A DNA stretch of 64,000 nt from an uncultured Bdellovibrionales bacterium (GTDB lineage: Bacteria; Bdellovibrionota; UBA1018; CAIPTA01): assembly GCA_964416595.1 (NCBI GenBank), contig CAYQES010000006.1, forward strand, positions 44,414-108,413, read 5' to 3'. The notes beneath the pieces were generated by a model, which was not told the DNA's origin, did no database searches, and saw nothing but the letters and a program-made list of their open reading frames with translations. Position numbers and translations under genes: made by a program. Of the stretch, positions 30,874-39,510 are shown piece after piece; within the stretch, counting starts at the first letter, position 1; each line of letters begins with the position of its first letter.

Positions 30874-31989
30874 TTACACGTTAAAAATCCGGTGGGGCCT
30901 GTGTAATCCCGACCATTCTTCTAGAGTAGCCCGGGGGCGGCCAGTGGAGTCATATTCAATCAGAGCGAAGGTAAGGTTGGTGGATTGGCCGAGGTGCCGT
31001 AAATCTAAATTGATCATGCGAGTCCAGGTGCCCGTATTGATATAGGTTTTGCCATCCGGATAGTAACGTTGCATGGGCCCGTGGGTGTGGCCAAAGATCA
31101 CGGTATGTAAATGGGGATTTTTATCTAGAATCGCGCGAGCGTCGTCTTCCAGACCATAAAAGGGCGTGATTTCTTCCTTCATGATTGCAAGGGTGTTGGC
31201 GATATTGGCCCGGCGCTTAGGGTTATAAACAAAACGTGTGTTGAAAAAATAGAAGGCCGAAAAAAGGAGAAACTTAAAAATCACAATCGGGTGGATGAAG
31301 AGGCCGATAAAGATAAAGAGTTTGGCGGGCTTTACTTTGTCGATATGATCAAGTTCCCACTTTAAGCGATTGATGATCTTGATCACGTACACCGAGCCCC
31401 AGGGCATATAGAGCACGGGTTCGGGCAAGTTTTCGGTAACAAAAGGCTGCTGGTAATTGGTGGTGTGCACTGCCTCGAATTGATTGCCATGGTGGATTTG
31501 GATGCCGTCGTACTCGAGGAATTCCACTTCCGTGTTCACCCATACTTTTTCTTTTTTCCAGCTTTCACCGCCGATCACGCGGCAGAATTCTTCCCGTACG
31601 GCGGGGAAGAAAAAATCCATATCGTGGTTGCCCACATTGTAGAGCACGCTTTTTCCAGGCTTTGCGGCAAAGGCTTGGAGCCCCTTGGTTACTTCGGGGT
31701 GGCCCTTAAAGATGGTTTTCAAGCGCTCCACAGCGAGATCCGAGGTGATTAAATCGGGGAAATCCCCCTGGTGGGGAACGTTCAGGAAATCGAACACATC
31801 GCCATTTAAAATCAGCTGTACTTCACAGCCATCCCCATAATCCCCAGTGGAAAAATACTCGAGGAATTCGCAAAATTCCCGATCGAAGAAAAAATCCTCG
31901 TGGGGATTGCGGATGCCATCCAAGAAACGCCCGGCGGAGAGGTGCATATCGCTTGTGATCACTTTGATTTTGCGGGGGAGGCCGGGCAT
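30874..31989 (-). CDS. Membrane-associated metallophosphoesterase (calcineurin-like), 371 aa; paralog of 53363-54478
   Basis: The MPE motifs are D-x-H (ITSDMHLS), GDVFD, GNHD and GHTHG. An internal hydrophobic stretch is LFIFIGLFIHPIVIFKFLLFSAFYFF. Confidence 0.75.
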   Translation of the reverse strand: MPGLPRKIKVITSDMHLSAGRFLDGIRNPHEDFFFDREFCEFLEYFSTGDYGDGCEVQLILNGDVFDFLNVPHQGDFPDLITSDLAVERLKTIFKGHPEVTKGLQAFAAKPGKSVLYNVGNHDMDFFFPAVREEFCRVIGGESWKKEKVWVNTEVEFLEYDGIQIHHGNQFEAVHTTNYQQPFVTENLPEPVLYMPWGSVYVIKIINRLKWELDHIDKVKPAKLFIFIGLFIHPIVIFKFLLFSAFYFFNTRFVYNPKRRANIANTLAIMKEEITPFYGLEDDARAILDKNPHLHTVIFGHTHGPMQRYYPDGKTYINTGTWTRMINLDLRHLGQSTNLTFALIEYDSTGRPRATLEEWSGLHRPHRIFNV

Positions 31990-32202
31990 AGCCTTTAGTT
32001 TACCTTAAGTTGCACAGCTTTGTGTGGGGGCGGGGGGTATTTTTTAGTAGCAGGAGTGGCGGGCAGGTCAACGGGTTGAGGGTGGAGTCTTTTACTGGTT
32101 TTAAGGGCTATTTTTGGGGTGGGCGGATCTTTTCAAGTATTTGATTTTATTGGATTTTATATCTGTTTTTTTAACCCGTAAAACCGTTTAAAGCGTAAGC
32201 AC

Positions 32203-32221
32203 TTGTCTAAAAAATAGACAA
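32203..32221. promoter_or_regulatory. Perfect palindrome TTGTCTA-aaaaa-TAGACAA in a 300-bp intergenic region upstream of the GH73 gene; a candidate operator
   Basis: The palindrome was read directly. The only support is its perfect symmetry and its position about 105 nt upstream of the ATG at 32328. Confidence 0.3.
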
Positions 32222-32327
32222 TTGTTTTTTAAAAAATCACCTGTCTCCGTCTTGAACATCATAAAAAAATCACGCCCTTAGCGAGTTTTGGAGCGTGGCA
32301 CAAGAATTGAGATTATCCTATCTTAAG

Positions 32328-33698
32328 ATGGGTAAATTTCTTTTTATAGCCATACTCCTTAGTCCACCAGCCTTAGCCGAATGGGATCAGGGCGGCCTCG
32401 TGCAAGGCGAAGATGCGGCCTATCGGGGCAAGGACGCTAATTACGTTATTGAAAAGAACATAAAAACGGATCTCAACGATTACTTCGCTTCGGGCAAAAC
32501 CCCTAAATTCATCCGCGTAAATATTGAAGGTTATAATGTTCGTAAGCCAGACATAAACGGCTACCCCCCAAGCTTCGATCCTGACGACAAAAAAAGCATC
32601 GATTTCAAAACTAAAAAAGGCATGGTGTTCGCCGTGCAAGAAATGCTTCCTTTAAAAACGGGCGTAGCCGTGCGGATTTTAGTGGAAGGCAAAGAGCGCT
32701 GGATTTTTGTTCCCAAATGGCGCCAAGAAGATTTTCAATTCTGTGAATCTCCCCAATGTTTTTCGGATTTAGCCCAGGTACTGGATATTCTCTGGGAGAA
32801 AAATATCGACGAAGACCAATTGCATAAGTGCGGAGTTGTGCTGGGTAGTTTAGGCCAGCAGCAAGAAGCGCTGCCTTCTACGGTGGAAGGTTATGGTTTG
32901 AGTGCTACGGGTGGTGGCTCTGGTGGTTCTACTTCTGGTGGTTCTTCCGGAGGATCTTCGAGCGGCTCTGCTACAGGTTCCGGCAGCGAATCTCCTACCC
33001 AGGTTACGGAGACGGTGAGCTCCAGCGTGGGAGCGGAAAGCGGCAAGTGCGTGCCCGATACCCGCGGCTCGGGCGTGAAACCAGATTTTCGGGCGATTGA
33101 TAAAAAATACGGCACTAAAGCCAAGAAACAAGCCTTCATTGAACATATGACTCCCTTTGCTCTAGAGATCCAAGCGACTACGGGTTTCCCCGCGTCGGTG
33201 GTGATTGCCCAAGCGGCCCTAGAGACGGGCTGGGGTGCGGATCCAAATTCCGCTCACTTTAAAACCGATGGTATGTATGGCCACTCTTGTTTCAAGAAGG
33301 GTAAAGTAAAAGAATTTGAGGTTAAGATTGCAGGCGTGCAAAGAAAAATTAGGGCTGTCTGCGAAATTCCACGGCCAGAAAATGAGGGCGGATATTACTA
33401 TAAATTCGATAGTCGCGAAGATTCTATGTACGCCTATATGTCAAACTTGCTCTTTGATCCTGATACGGAAAGCTATTATCGTGGTGTGAGGAAAACAGTA
33501 CAGCGGTATTACCCGGCCGTGGCGCCCTGGGTAGAAGTTGTAGGATATGGAGCGGTTAGTAAGAATGGAAAACCAGAACCTGGAGCTATAGTTGGATTGT
33601 TTCACTATGCCAGTGATGAAAATTACCGGTCTAAACTTAGGAATATAGTAGAAAAAAATAATCTCGGTGCATTGGAGACCCAAAAGTTATGTCGATAA
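32328..33698 (+). CDS. Secreted peptidoglycan hydrolase: unknown N-terminal domain, Gly/Ser-rich linker and a C-terminal GH73 glucosaminidase (FlgJ-like) domain
   Basis: The signal peptide is MGKFLFIAILLSPPALA. The linker is GGGSGGSTSGGSSGGSSSGSATGSGSE. The GH73 core is FIEHMTPFALEIQATTGFPASVVIAQAALETGWG. The longer ORF begins at 32295. Confidence 0.65.
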   Translation: MGKFLFIAILLSPPALAEWDQGGLVQGEDAAYRGKDANYVIEKNIKTDLNDYFASGKTPKFIRVNIEGYNVRKPDINGYPPSFDPDDKKSIDFKTKKGMVFAVQEMLPLKTGVAVRILVEGKERWIFVPKWRQEDFQFCESPQCFSDLAQVLDILWEKNIDEDQLHKCGVVLGSLGQQQEALPSTVEGYGLSATGGGSGGSTSGGSSGGSSSGSATGSGSESPTQVTETVSSSVGAESGKCVPDTRGSGVKPDFRAIDKKYGTKAKKQAFIEHMTPFALEIQATTGFPASVVIAQAALETGWGADPNSAHFKTDGMYGHSCFKKGKVKEFEVKIAGVQRKIRAVCEIPRPENEGGYYYKFDSREDSMYAYMSNLLFDPDTESYYRGVRKTVQRYYPAVAPWVEVVGYGAVSKNGKPEPGAIVGLFHYASDENYRSKLRNIVEKNNLGALETQKLCR

Positions 33699-34195
33699 TA
33701 ATTTTTAGCTTACTTTTTTTCTTCAACGGTCATGCGCAAGCAGAAACGGTGCAATTGGGTAAAGATGGCCAAGCGGAGATTTCTTTAGAAGAAAACAAAC
33801 TTACGAAAGTAAATATTTCGTTGCCTGGCAAGAAGTCGCAATCGATCGGAGGCATTGGTTCGGAATTTGTGCCTTTTACGTTTGATGGCGAGGAAACGGA
33901 AATTGCGGTTTTAGATTTGGATAAAGATGGCGTAGAAGAGTTTGCTGTACGTTTGATTGTTCCACCTCAAGCCGGTGCTCTCCACGTGTTTCGCTGGAAT
34001 AAAAGGAAAAAAGAATTTGAGCCCATAACTTTTCCTCACGGAAAATTCTTAATGGCTTCGGCTTTTGATTCACTGAGCTTATCGCGGGATGGAAAGATCG
34101 AATTTACCGTGAAGATCTACGGCGACGACGGAGCTCCCAGCAAAAAAGTGAAAGATTCTTGCTCATTTAAAGACGGTGAGTTTCGAGAAGATTGA
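33689..34195 (+). CDS. Hypothetical secreted protein, translationally overlapped with the GH73 hydrolase gene
   Basis: The start overlaps the upstream stop by 10 nt. The signal peptide is MSIIIFSLLFFFNGHAQA. Confidence 0.5.
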   Translation: MSIIIFSLLFFFNGHAQAETVQLGKDGQAEISLEENKLTKVNISLPGKKSQSIGGIGSEFVPFTFDGEETEIAVLDLDKDGVEEFAVRLIVPPQAGALHVFRWNKRKKEFEPITFPHGKFLMASAFDSLSLSRDGKIEFTVKIYGDDGAPSKKVKDSCSFKDGEFRED

Positions 34196-34240
34196 CTGAG
34201 GGGGCGAAAGGCAAAAAAGCCTCTTCGTCGATCCTCTCCC

Positions 34241-35194
34241 TCAAGCGGGCGAAAGTGACCGCTGAAAATCTTCCCGGGCATGCATGGCTTCTTCTGCTGT
34301 GGCCTTAAAAAATTTCTGAAACAATTTATCTAATTCTTGGCTCGAAGCCCCCGCTTCCCAAGCGAGCCAAATCTCTAACGGCTTCCCAGTTAGATTCGTG
34401 AGTCCTTTGCCCGGCACGAAGAGCGACCACTCTTTTTTCCCCACGGGCCAGCCGATGGCTTTTTGTGGGGCCGTGCGGGAGAAGGCGCAGGGGCGGTGGG
34501 ATTGCTCGAGGCCCGTGCGTAGGCCAGAAGCGAAGGCGAGGGCGGCGTCTTCCAGGGCGGGTGCGAGAGATTTAATAGAGGCTGCTTGGGAATGGTGGCG
34601 CAGGCGCTGGAAGGCGTTGGCGGTGGTAAGCAAAATAGACTCCCGCTCGCCTTCTTCGAGGAAAGAATATTCTCGGTGGAGCCAGGCTTCACCCCGGCCG
34701 AAATGGTCGAAAAGTTCCAGAATGGCTTCCCGATTGTACTCTCTTTGCAGAGTGGTTTTGGCTTGGGGAATGTATTCTAAGCGCGCGCCTTGGAGGAGTG
34801 CACGCCAGCACCAGTCGATGTCGAAGGCGTTACGGGCGGCGGTGGAAAAGGGGCCCACTTTTTCGAACCATTCTTTTTCGATAGCTAAATTGTGGATCGG
34901 TCCCCAGGGCAGGGCGTGACCCAGGGCTTGGGCGGCCCGTTGGCTATGGCCGTGGAATAATTTTTCTGCGAGTTTACCGTATGGATTGGTTTTGCCCAGG
35001 TGGCGGTAGAGGGTTTGACCCACGCGGATCGGGGCGGTGGCAGATTCTAGGGCTTTTTGCCAGCCGGGTGCGGATTTGGCCCGGGTGTCGAGGAAGAGAA
35101 GGAGATCGCCGGGAGCGCGGGCTACGGCCTGATTCAGTTCTTCGGCCGTATTGCCGGGTGCCACGGGGATGAGAGTGGTTTTGTGTCTTGCCAT
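34241..35194 (-). CDS. Hypothetical protein (possible nucleotide-diphospho-sugar transferase-like fold)
   Basis: The product is 317 aa. The LLLFLDTRAKSAPGW segment is weakly reminiscent of a GT-A fold. No firm motif was found. Confidence 0.4.
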   Translation of the reverse strand: MARHKTTLIPVAPGNTAEELNQAVARAPGDLLLFLDTRAKSAPGWQKALESATAPIRVGQTLYRHLGKTNPYGKLAEKLFHGHSQRAAQALGHALPWGPIHNLAIEKEWFEKVGPFSTAARNAFDIDWCWRALLQGARLEYIPQAKTTLQREYNREAILELFDHFGRGEAWLHREYSFLEEGERESILLTTANAFQRLRHHSQAASIKSLAPALEDAALAFASGLRTGLEQSHRPCAFSRTAPQKAIGWPVGKKEWSLFVPGKGLTNLTGKPLEIWLAWEAGASSQELDKLFQKFFKATAEEAMHAREDFQRSLSPA

Positions 35195-35226
35195 GGGGAG
35201 CGATCCTAGCGCAGAATGCGGGCGAG

Positions 35227-35895
35227 ATGCTAGTCACAATCAATATGGCGATGTCGATGGACGGTAAGATCGCAACCCCTGCCCGGGGGCCGATTAAGTT
35301 CAGCTCCGTTTATGATTCCCGGCGCATGTCAGAGATCCGGGCCGAGCAGGATGTGGTGATCAATGGAGCGTCTACCTTTCGGGCGTACCCGAAACCTTTG
35401 GTGGTGAAGGGCGAGGATTTGCTGGCGCAGCGGCGGGGCTTAGGTTTAGCGGAGCAACCTGCGTCGGCGATGGTTTCTTCCCGTCTAGAAATTCCTTTTG
35501 GTACTCCTTGGCAGAAGGCCAAGGAAATAGAGCGCTGGGCGTTTTGTGGGAAAAAGGCTCCCTTAGGCAAGCGAGAGAAGTTAGAAGCCAGTGGCGTAAA
35601 AGTTGTGGTGGGCCGAGGTGCGCGTCCGAGCCCAAAGGAAATATTGAAGGCTTTTTCGGGCGCGGGTTTTTCGAAAGTATTGCTCGAGGGGGGAGGGGAG
35701 TTTAATGCCTCTTTCTTGGAAGCAGGTTTGGTGGACCGGATTCATCTTACATTAGTGCCCTTGGTGATCGGCGGTGCGGAATCGCCCACTTGGCTTGAGG
35801 GCAAGGGATTTCTTAAGGGGAAATTTCCCCGCTTTTGCCTCGAAGAATGCCGGAACGTGGAAGGCGAGCTCTACCTCACGTACTTGCGCTCCTAG
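35227..35895 (+). CDS. RibD C-terminal-domain-like reductase (dihydrofolate reductase-like fold)
   Basis: MLVTINMAMSMDGKIA is typical of the RibD_C/YwjB family. The C-terminal segments are VLLEGGGEFNASFLEAGLVDRIHLTLVP. The start was moved to the internal ATG to avoid a divergent overlap. Confidence 0.6.
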   Translation: MLVTINMAMSMDGKIATPARGPIKFSSVYDSRRMSEIRAEQDVVINGASTFRAYPKPLVVKGEDLLAQRRGLGLAEQPASAMVSSRLEIPFGTPWQKAKEIERWAFCGKKAPLGKREKLEASGVKVVVGRGARPSPKEILKAFSGAGFSKVLLEGGGEFNASFLEAGLVDRIHLTLVPLVIGGAESPTWLEGKGFLKGKFPRFCLEECRNVEGELYLTYLRS

Positions 35896-35934
35896 AACCT
35901 TGCGCAAGGGCCGTGAAGCAGCTAAATTGCCCCC

Positions 35935-36177
35935 ATGACCCTCGACCAAATCAAAGAGCGCATTGAATCCCATTTAAAAACCACCCACGTGCAGATCATC
36001 GATCTTGGCGGTGGGGATCATATCCGGGCCGTGGTAGTTTCGCCGGATTTTAAGGGCTTGCCCTTGATCCGCCAGCATAAAATGGTGCTGGATTTATTCA
36101 CGAGCGAAATCAATTCCAACGAAGTGCACGCGCTCACGGTGAAAACCCTCACCCCCGAACAATTTGCCAATTTGTAA
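35935..36177 (+). CDS. BolA family protein
   Basis: The product is 80 aa. The motif HALTVKTLTPEQF is BolA-like. The gene is adjacent to a monothiol glutaredoxin. Confidence 0.8.
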   Translation: MTLDQIKERIESHLKTTHVQIIDLGGGDHIRAVVVSPDFKGLPLIRQHKMVLDLFTSEINSNEVHALTVKTLTPEQFANL

Positions 36178-36191
36178 AAGGAGAACTCAAA

Positions 36192-36500
36192 ATGCCTGAC
36201 TATAAATCTATCATCGACCAACAAATCCAATCGAAGCCTGTGTTCATTTACATGAAGGGCTCCCCCAATATGCCCATGTGCGGTTTCTCCGCCCGGGCCA
36301 CGGAAGTGTTGAAAGCTGCCGGTGCTGATTTTGGCCACTTCAATATTTTGGACGATATGAATTTGTTCGAAGAACTCAAGCGCCGCAACCAGTGGCCTAC
36401 TTCTCCCCAGATCTACGTGAAGGGTGAGTTCGTGGGCGGCTGCGATATTATCTGTGAGCTGTTCGAGAGTGGTGAACTCCAGGGGATGTTGAAGAATTAG
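36192..36500 (+). CDS. grxD: Grx4-family monothiol glutaredoxin
   Basis: The CGFS active site (PMCGFSARA) and GGCDI motif are present. An RBS-like AAGGAG lies upstream. Confidence 0.9.
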   Translation: MPDYKSIIDQQIQSKPVFIYMKGSPNMPMCGFSARATEVLKAAGADFGHFNILDDMNLFEELKRRNQWPTSPQIYVKGEFVGGCDIICELFESGELQGMLKN

Positions 36501-36509
36501 GGGTTTGCT

Positions 36510-36540
36510 GCACTGCGAACTCGCAACGAGTTCGCAGTGC
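36510..36540. repeat. REP-like palindrome, copy 2: GCACTGCGAACTCG-caa-CGAGTTCGCAGTGC. A second perfect hairpin, GATTCCTCG-ccg-CGAGGAATC, follows at about 36572-36592.
   Basis: Both palindromes were read directly. They lie immediately 3' of grxD. Confidence 0.6.
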
Positions 36541-36655
36541 GAAACAAAACCACTGGTACAATGACTCACTGATTCCTCGCCGCGAGGAATCGCTGCGTTA
36601 TAAGCTCTCACAACCAACTCGGTATCCCGCCCCTTTCTATGGTCTAATAACCTCC

Positions 36656-38146
36656 ATGGAAAACTCCAAAGCCGAAGCTTTTCTGGCCACCGCCCAGGCC
36701 TTCCAGTTAGGAAATTTACCCACCGAGCAGCGGCACCCGGAAACTACTTCCCTCGCGGATCTTTCCCGCACAAATATTCCTAAAGCCCTCCAGATCCTCC
36801 ACAAAATTGATCTCGACGCCGTGGAAGCCATCACACAAAAAGTTCCAGAAATAAACCAGCTCGCGGCCGCCATGAAAGAAACCCTCGCCACGAAAGGCCG
36901 GATTTTTTTCTACGGTTGCGGCGCCACGGGCCGCCTGGCTCTTTCTCTCGAATACCTCTGGCGGCTCCAGCATAAAAACAACCAGGTGCTGGGGTTTATG
37001 TCCGGCGGGGATCTCGCCCTCGTGCATTCCATCGAAACTTTCGAAGATCATCCCGAATACGGCGCCCGCCAGTTAAAAGAAATCGGCTTCAAAGCTAACG
37101 ATCTCCTCGTAAGTTGCACGGAAGGGGGCGAAACGCCTTCCGTGATCGGCGCCACGGAAGAAGCCACCAGGCGCTCCCGTCGCAAACCCTGGTTTCTTTA
37201 CTGTAATCCCAACCAAGAACTCCAAAATATTGAGCGCTCCCATCGCGTGCTCGAAAATCCCGCTATAGAAAAAATTTGTTTATACGTGGGCCCCATGAGC
37301 CTTTCGGGTTCTACCCGCCTCCAAGCCACCACTGTGCTCCAGCTTGCCGCCGGCTGCGCCCTTTTCAACCTCAAGCCCCAAGATTTTGCCCGCGAACTCC
37401 AACGCCAAAACTACAACTTCCTCACGCCCTTCATCGAAGCCGAATCCGCCGCGTACCAAAATAAAGAGTTCCTGCTCTACGAAACCAAAGCCTACGCCAT
37501 CACGATCCTCACGGACACCACCGAGCGCTCGCCCACGTTTTCCCTTCCCGGTTTCGAAAACCAAAAAGAAAAAGGAAAACCTCCAGCCCTCGCGTACCTC
37601 ACCATCACGGGGGCCAAAACCAGCCAAGACGCCTGGAAAAAACTTCTCCTGCGCCAGCCCAAACCGCTTGAATGGAAGGTGCTCCAGGGAATTGCGGGAA
37701 AAAAGCGACTCTTAGGTTTTGATTTTTCCCAAAAAGTAAAAGCTGCCCGGAAAAAAATTCTTAAAGATAAAAAACAGCACCTCTTCCGCATCCACAAAAA
37801 AGCTCAAGCCATGGAATTTTCCCTAGGCAAACACCGCCACCAAATTCCCGTAAAAAATCTTCCGCCTCTCTTCGAACACCTTCTTCTAAAAGGCTTCCTC
37901 AACGCCCATTCCCTCCTCGTGATGGGCCGGCTCGGCCGTTTTGAAAGCAATGTGATGACTTGGGTTCGCCCCAGCAACAACAAGCTCATCGACCGCTCGA
38001 TCCGCTACATAAAATTTCTCTTAGAAAAAGACGGCATAAAACCTCCCGCCTACGAAATTGTAGCTCGCCACCTCTTCCAAGAAGTAGAAAATCTGCCCGA
38101 GGGAGAATCCGTGGTTCTACGCACCGTAGCCCGGCTGAAAGGATAA
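36656..38146 (+). CDS. SIS-domain protein of the MurQ (MurNAc-6-P etherase) / glucokinase-regulator family, carrying a ~200-aa C-terminal extension
   Basis: GRIFFYGCGATGRLA and GFMSGGDLALVHSIE...LLVSCTEGGETPSVIGA parallel the MurQ LIYLGAGTSGRLG / GLIAGGE segments. Confidence 0.55.
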   Translation: MENSKAEAFLATAQAFQLGNLPTEQRHPETTSLADLSRTNIPKALQILHKIDLDAVEAITQKVPEINQLAAAMKETLATKGRIFFYGCGATGRLALSLEYLWRLQHKNNQVLGFMSGGDLALVHSIETFEDHPEYGARQLKEIGFKANDLLVSCTEGGETPSVIGATEEATRRSRRKPWFLYCNPNQELQNIERSHRVLENPAIEKICLYVGPMSLSGSTRLQATTVLQLAAGCALFNLKPQDFARELQRQNYNFLTPFIEAESAAYQNKEFLLYETKAYAITILTDTTERSPTFSLPGFENQKEKGKPPALAYLTITGAKTSQDAWKKLLLRQPKPLEWKVLQGIAGKKRLLGFDFSQKVKAARKKILKDKKQHLFRIHKKAQAMEFSLGKHRHQIPVKNLPPLFEHLLLKGFLNAHSLLVMGRLGRFESNVMTWVRPSNNKLIDRSIRYIKFLLEKDGIKPPAYEIVARHLFQEVENLPEGESVVLRTVARLKG

Positions 38147-38148
38147 AA

Positions 38149-39510
38149 ATGGACAAAAGTTTTTTCGCCAATTTCCGCGCTAATCTTTTCAGCACCGATC
38201 CGGAAGATTTGGAGCACTATGGGAAAGACTGGACGAAAGTCTATCCCCCAAAACCCTCCGTCATCGCTTTCCCCACCTCCACGGAAGAAGTTTCTGCTCT
38301 TCTTAAAGTTTGCCACGCCCGCAAAATTCCCGTAGTTCCTTCCGGTGGCCGCACGGGCTTATCTGGCGGAGCTGTAGCCGCTAACGGTGAACTCGTGCTC
38401 TCGCTCACGAAAATGAATAAAATTGGTCCACTGGAACCCCTCTCACTCACTCTGCCCGTGGAAGCCGGTGCCGTTACCGAAGCCGTGCACCATTTTTGTG
38501 AACCCCACGGCCTCACCTGGCCCGTGGATTTTGGTTCCAAGGGTTCCTCTTGCGTGGGCGGAAATATTTCCACCAATGCGGGCGGCATCAACGTGATCCG
38601 CTACGGCATGACCCGCCACTGGGTGTTGGGCCTCACGGTGGTATTGATGGACGGTACCATTCTGCGCTTAAACGGCGCCCTTGAGAAAAACAATACGGGT
38701 CTAGATTTAAAACATCTTTTCATCGGCTCCGAAGGCACCCTCGGCGTGATCACGGAAGCCGTGCTGAAACTCACGCCCATCGTGAAAAACAAAACTCTCT
38801 TTTTCTTTGGCGCGAGCTCCCTCACCCAAGTGTTTCATCTTTTGGAAGCTGTCCGCCGTGCGCCTTTCGAAATTTTTGCTTTCGAAGTTTTTTCCCGCAA
38901 CTGCTTCGCGGCCACCACGAAACTTCACAACCTCCGAGATCCTTTCGAAAGCAAGCATGAGCAGTACGTATTGCTCGAAGCCAAGGGTGAAGATTTTGAC
39001 CCTTGGCTAGAAGAAATTTTTTCGAAAGGTTTCGTGGAAGAGGGCGTGCACGCCAAATCCCAGGAAGAAGCACGCGCTTTTTGGAAAAGCCGGGAGACTA
39101 TCAGCGAATCTTTACGCACCCAAGGACAACTCCACACGAGCGATATTTCCGTGCCGATCGCCAAGCTAAAAGAATTTATCGAAGAGTGGCAGGAGCTTTT
39201 CCACAAACGCTTTTCCGCCTGGGAGCTTTTCCTTTTTGGCCACTTTGGGGACGGGAACCTCCACGTGCATGCCTTGAAGCCAGCCAATATGAGCCAAGAA
39301 GAATTTTTAAAACAAAATCTCTTGGTAGAAGAAGATCTCTTCGCTGTAGTGGGAAAATATGAGGGAAGTATTTCCGCGGAGCACGGGATAGGGCTTCTCA
39401 AAAAAGAGCATTTGCATTTATCCAAGAGCCCGGAAGAACTCGAGCTTATGCGGGCGTTGAAAAAAACGCTGGATCCCCAAGGGCTGCTCAATCCGGGGAA
39501 GGTACTTTAG
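38149..39510 (+). CDS. FAD-linked oxidase (GlcD / D-lactate dehydrogenase family)
   Basis: The ATG at 38149 lies 2 nt after the upstream stop. The FAD-binding PCMH motifs are PSGGRTGLSGGAV and GINVIRYGMTRHWVLGLTVVLMDG. Confidence 0.75.
   Translation: MDKSFFANFRANLFSTDPEDLEHYGKDWTKVYPPKPSVIAFPTSTEEVSALLKVCHARKIPVVPSGGRTGLSGGAVAANGELVLSLTKMNKIGPLEPLSLTLPVEAGAVTEAVHHFCEPHGLTWPVDFGSKGSSCVGGNISTNAGGINVIRYGMTRHWVLGLTVVLMDGTILRLNGALEKNNTGLDLKHLFIGSEGTLGVITEAVLKLTPIVKNKTLFFFGASSLTQVFHLLEAVRRAPFEIFAFEVFSRNCFAATTKLHNLRDPFESKHEQYVLLEAKGEDFDPWLEEIFSKGFVEEGVHAKSQEEARAFWKSRETISESLRTQGQLHTSDISVPIAKLKEFIEEWQELFHKRFSAWELFLFGHFGDGNLHVHALKPANMSQEEFLKQNLLVEEDLFAVVGKYEGSISAEHGIGLLKKEHLHLSKSPEELELMRALKKTLDPQGLLNPGKVL

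Noticed and set aside
32296-32310. Sigma-54-like TGGCAC-N5-TTGA element upstream of the GH73 gene
   Set aside because: The -12 element is TTGA rather than TTGC. The predicted transcription start would be only about 6 nt from the ATG at 32328 with no RBS. It also lies inside the longer ORF beginning at 32295. No bEBP (sigma-54 activator) gene is nearby.
36018-36617. A 199-aa minus-strand ORF spanning the bolA-grxD region
   Set aside because: It is antisense to two well-supported, motif-bearing genes (BolA, CGFS glutaredoxin). Its C-terminal part merely reads through the REP-like palindrome.
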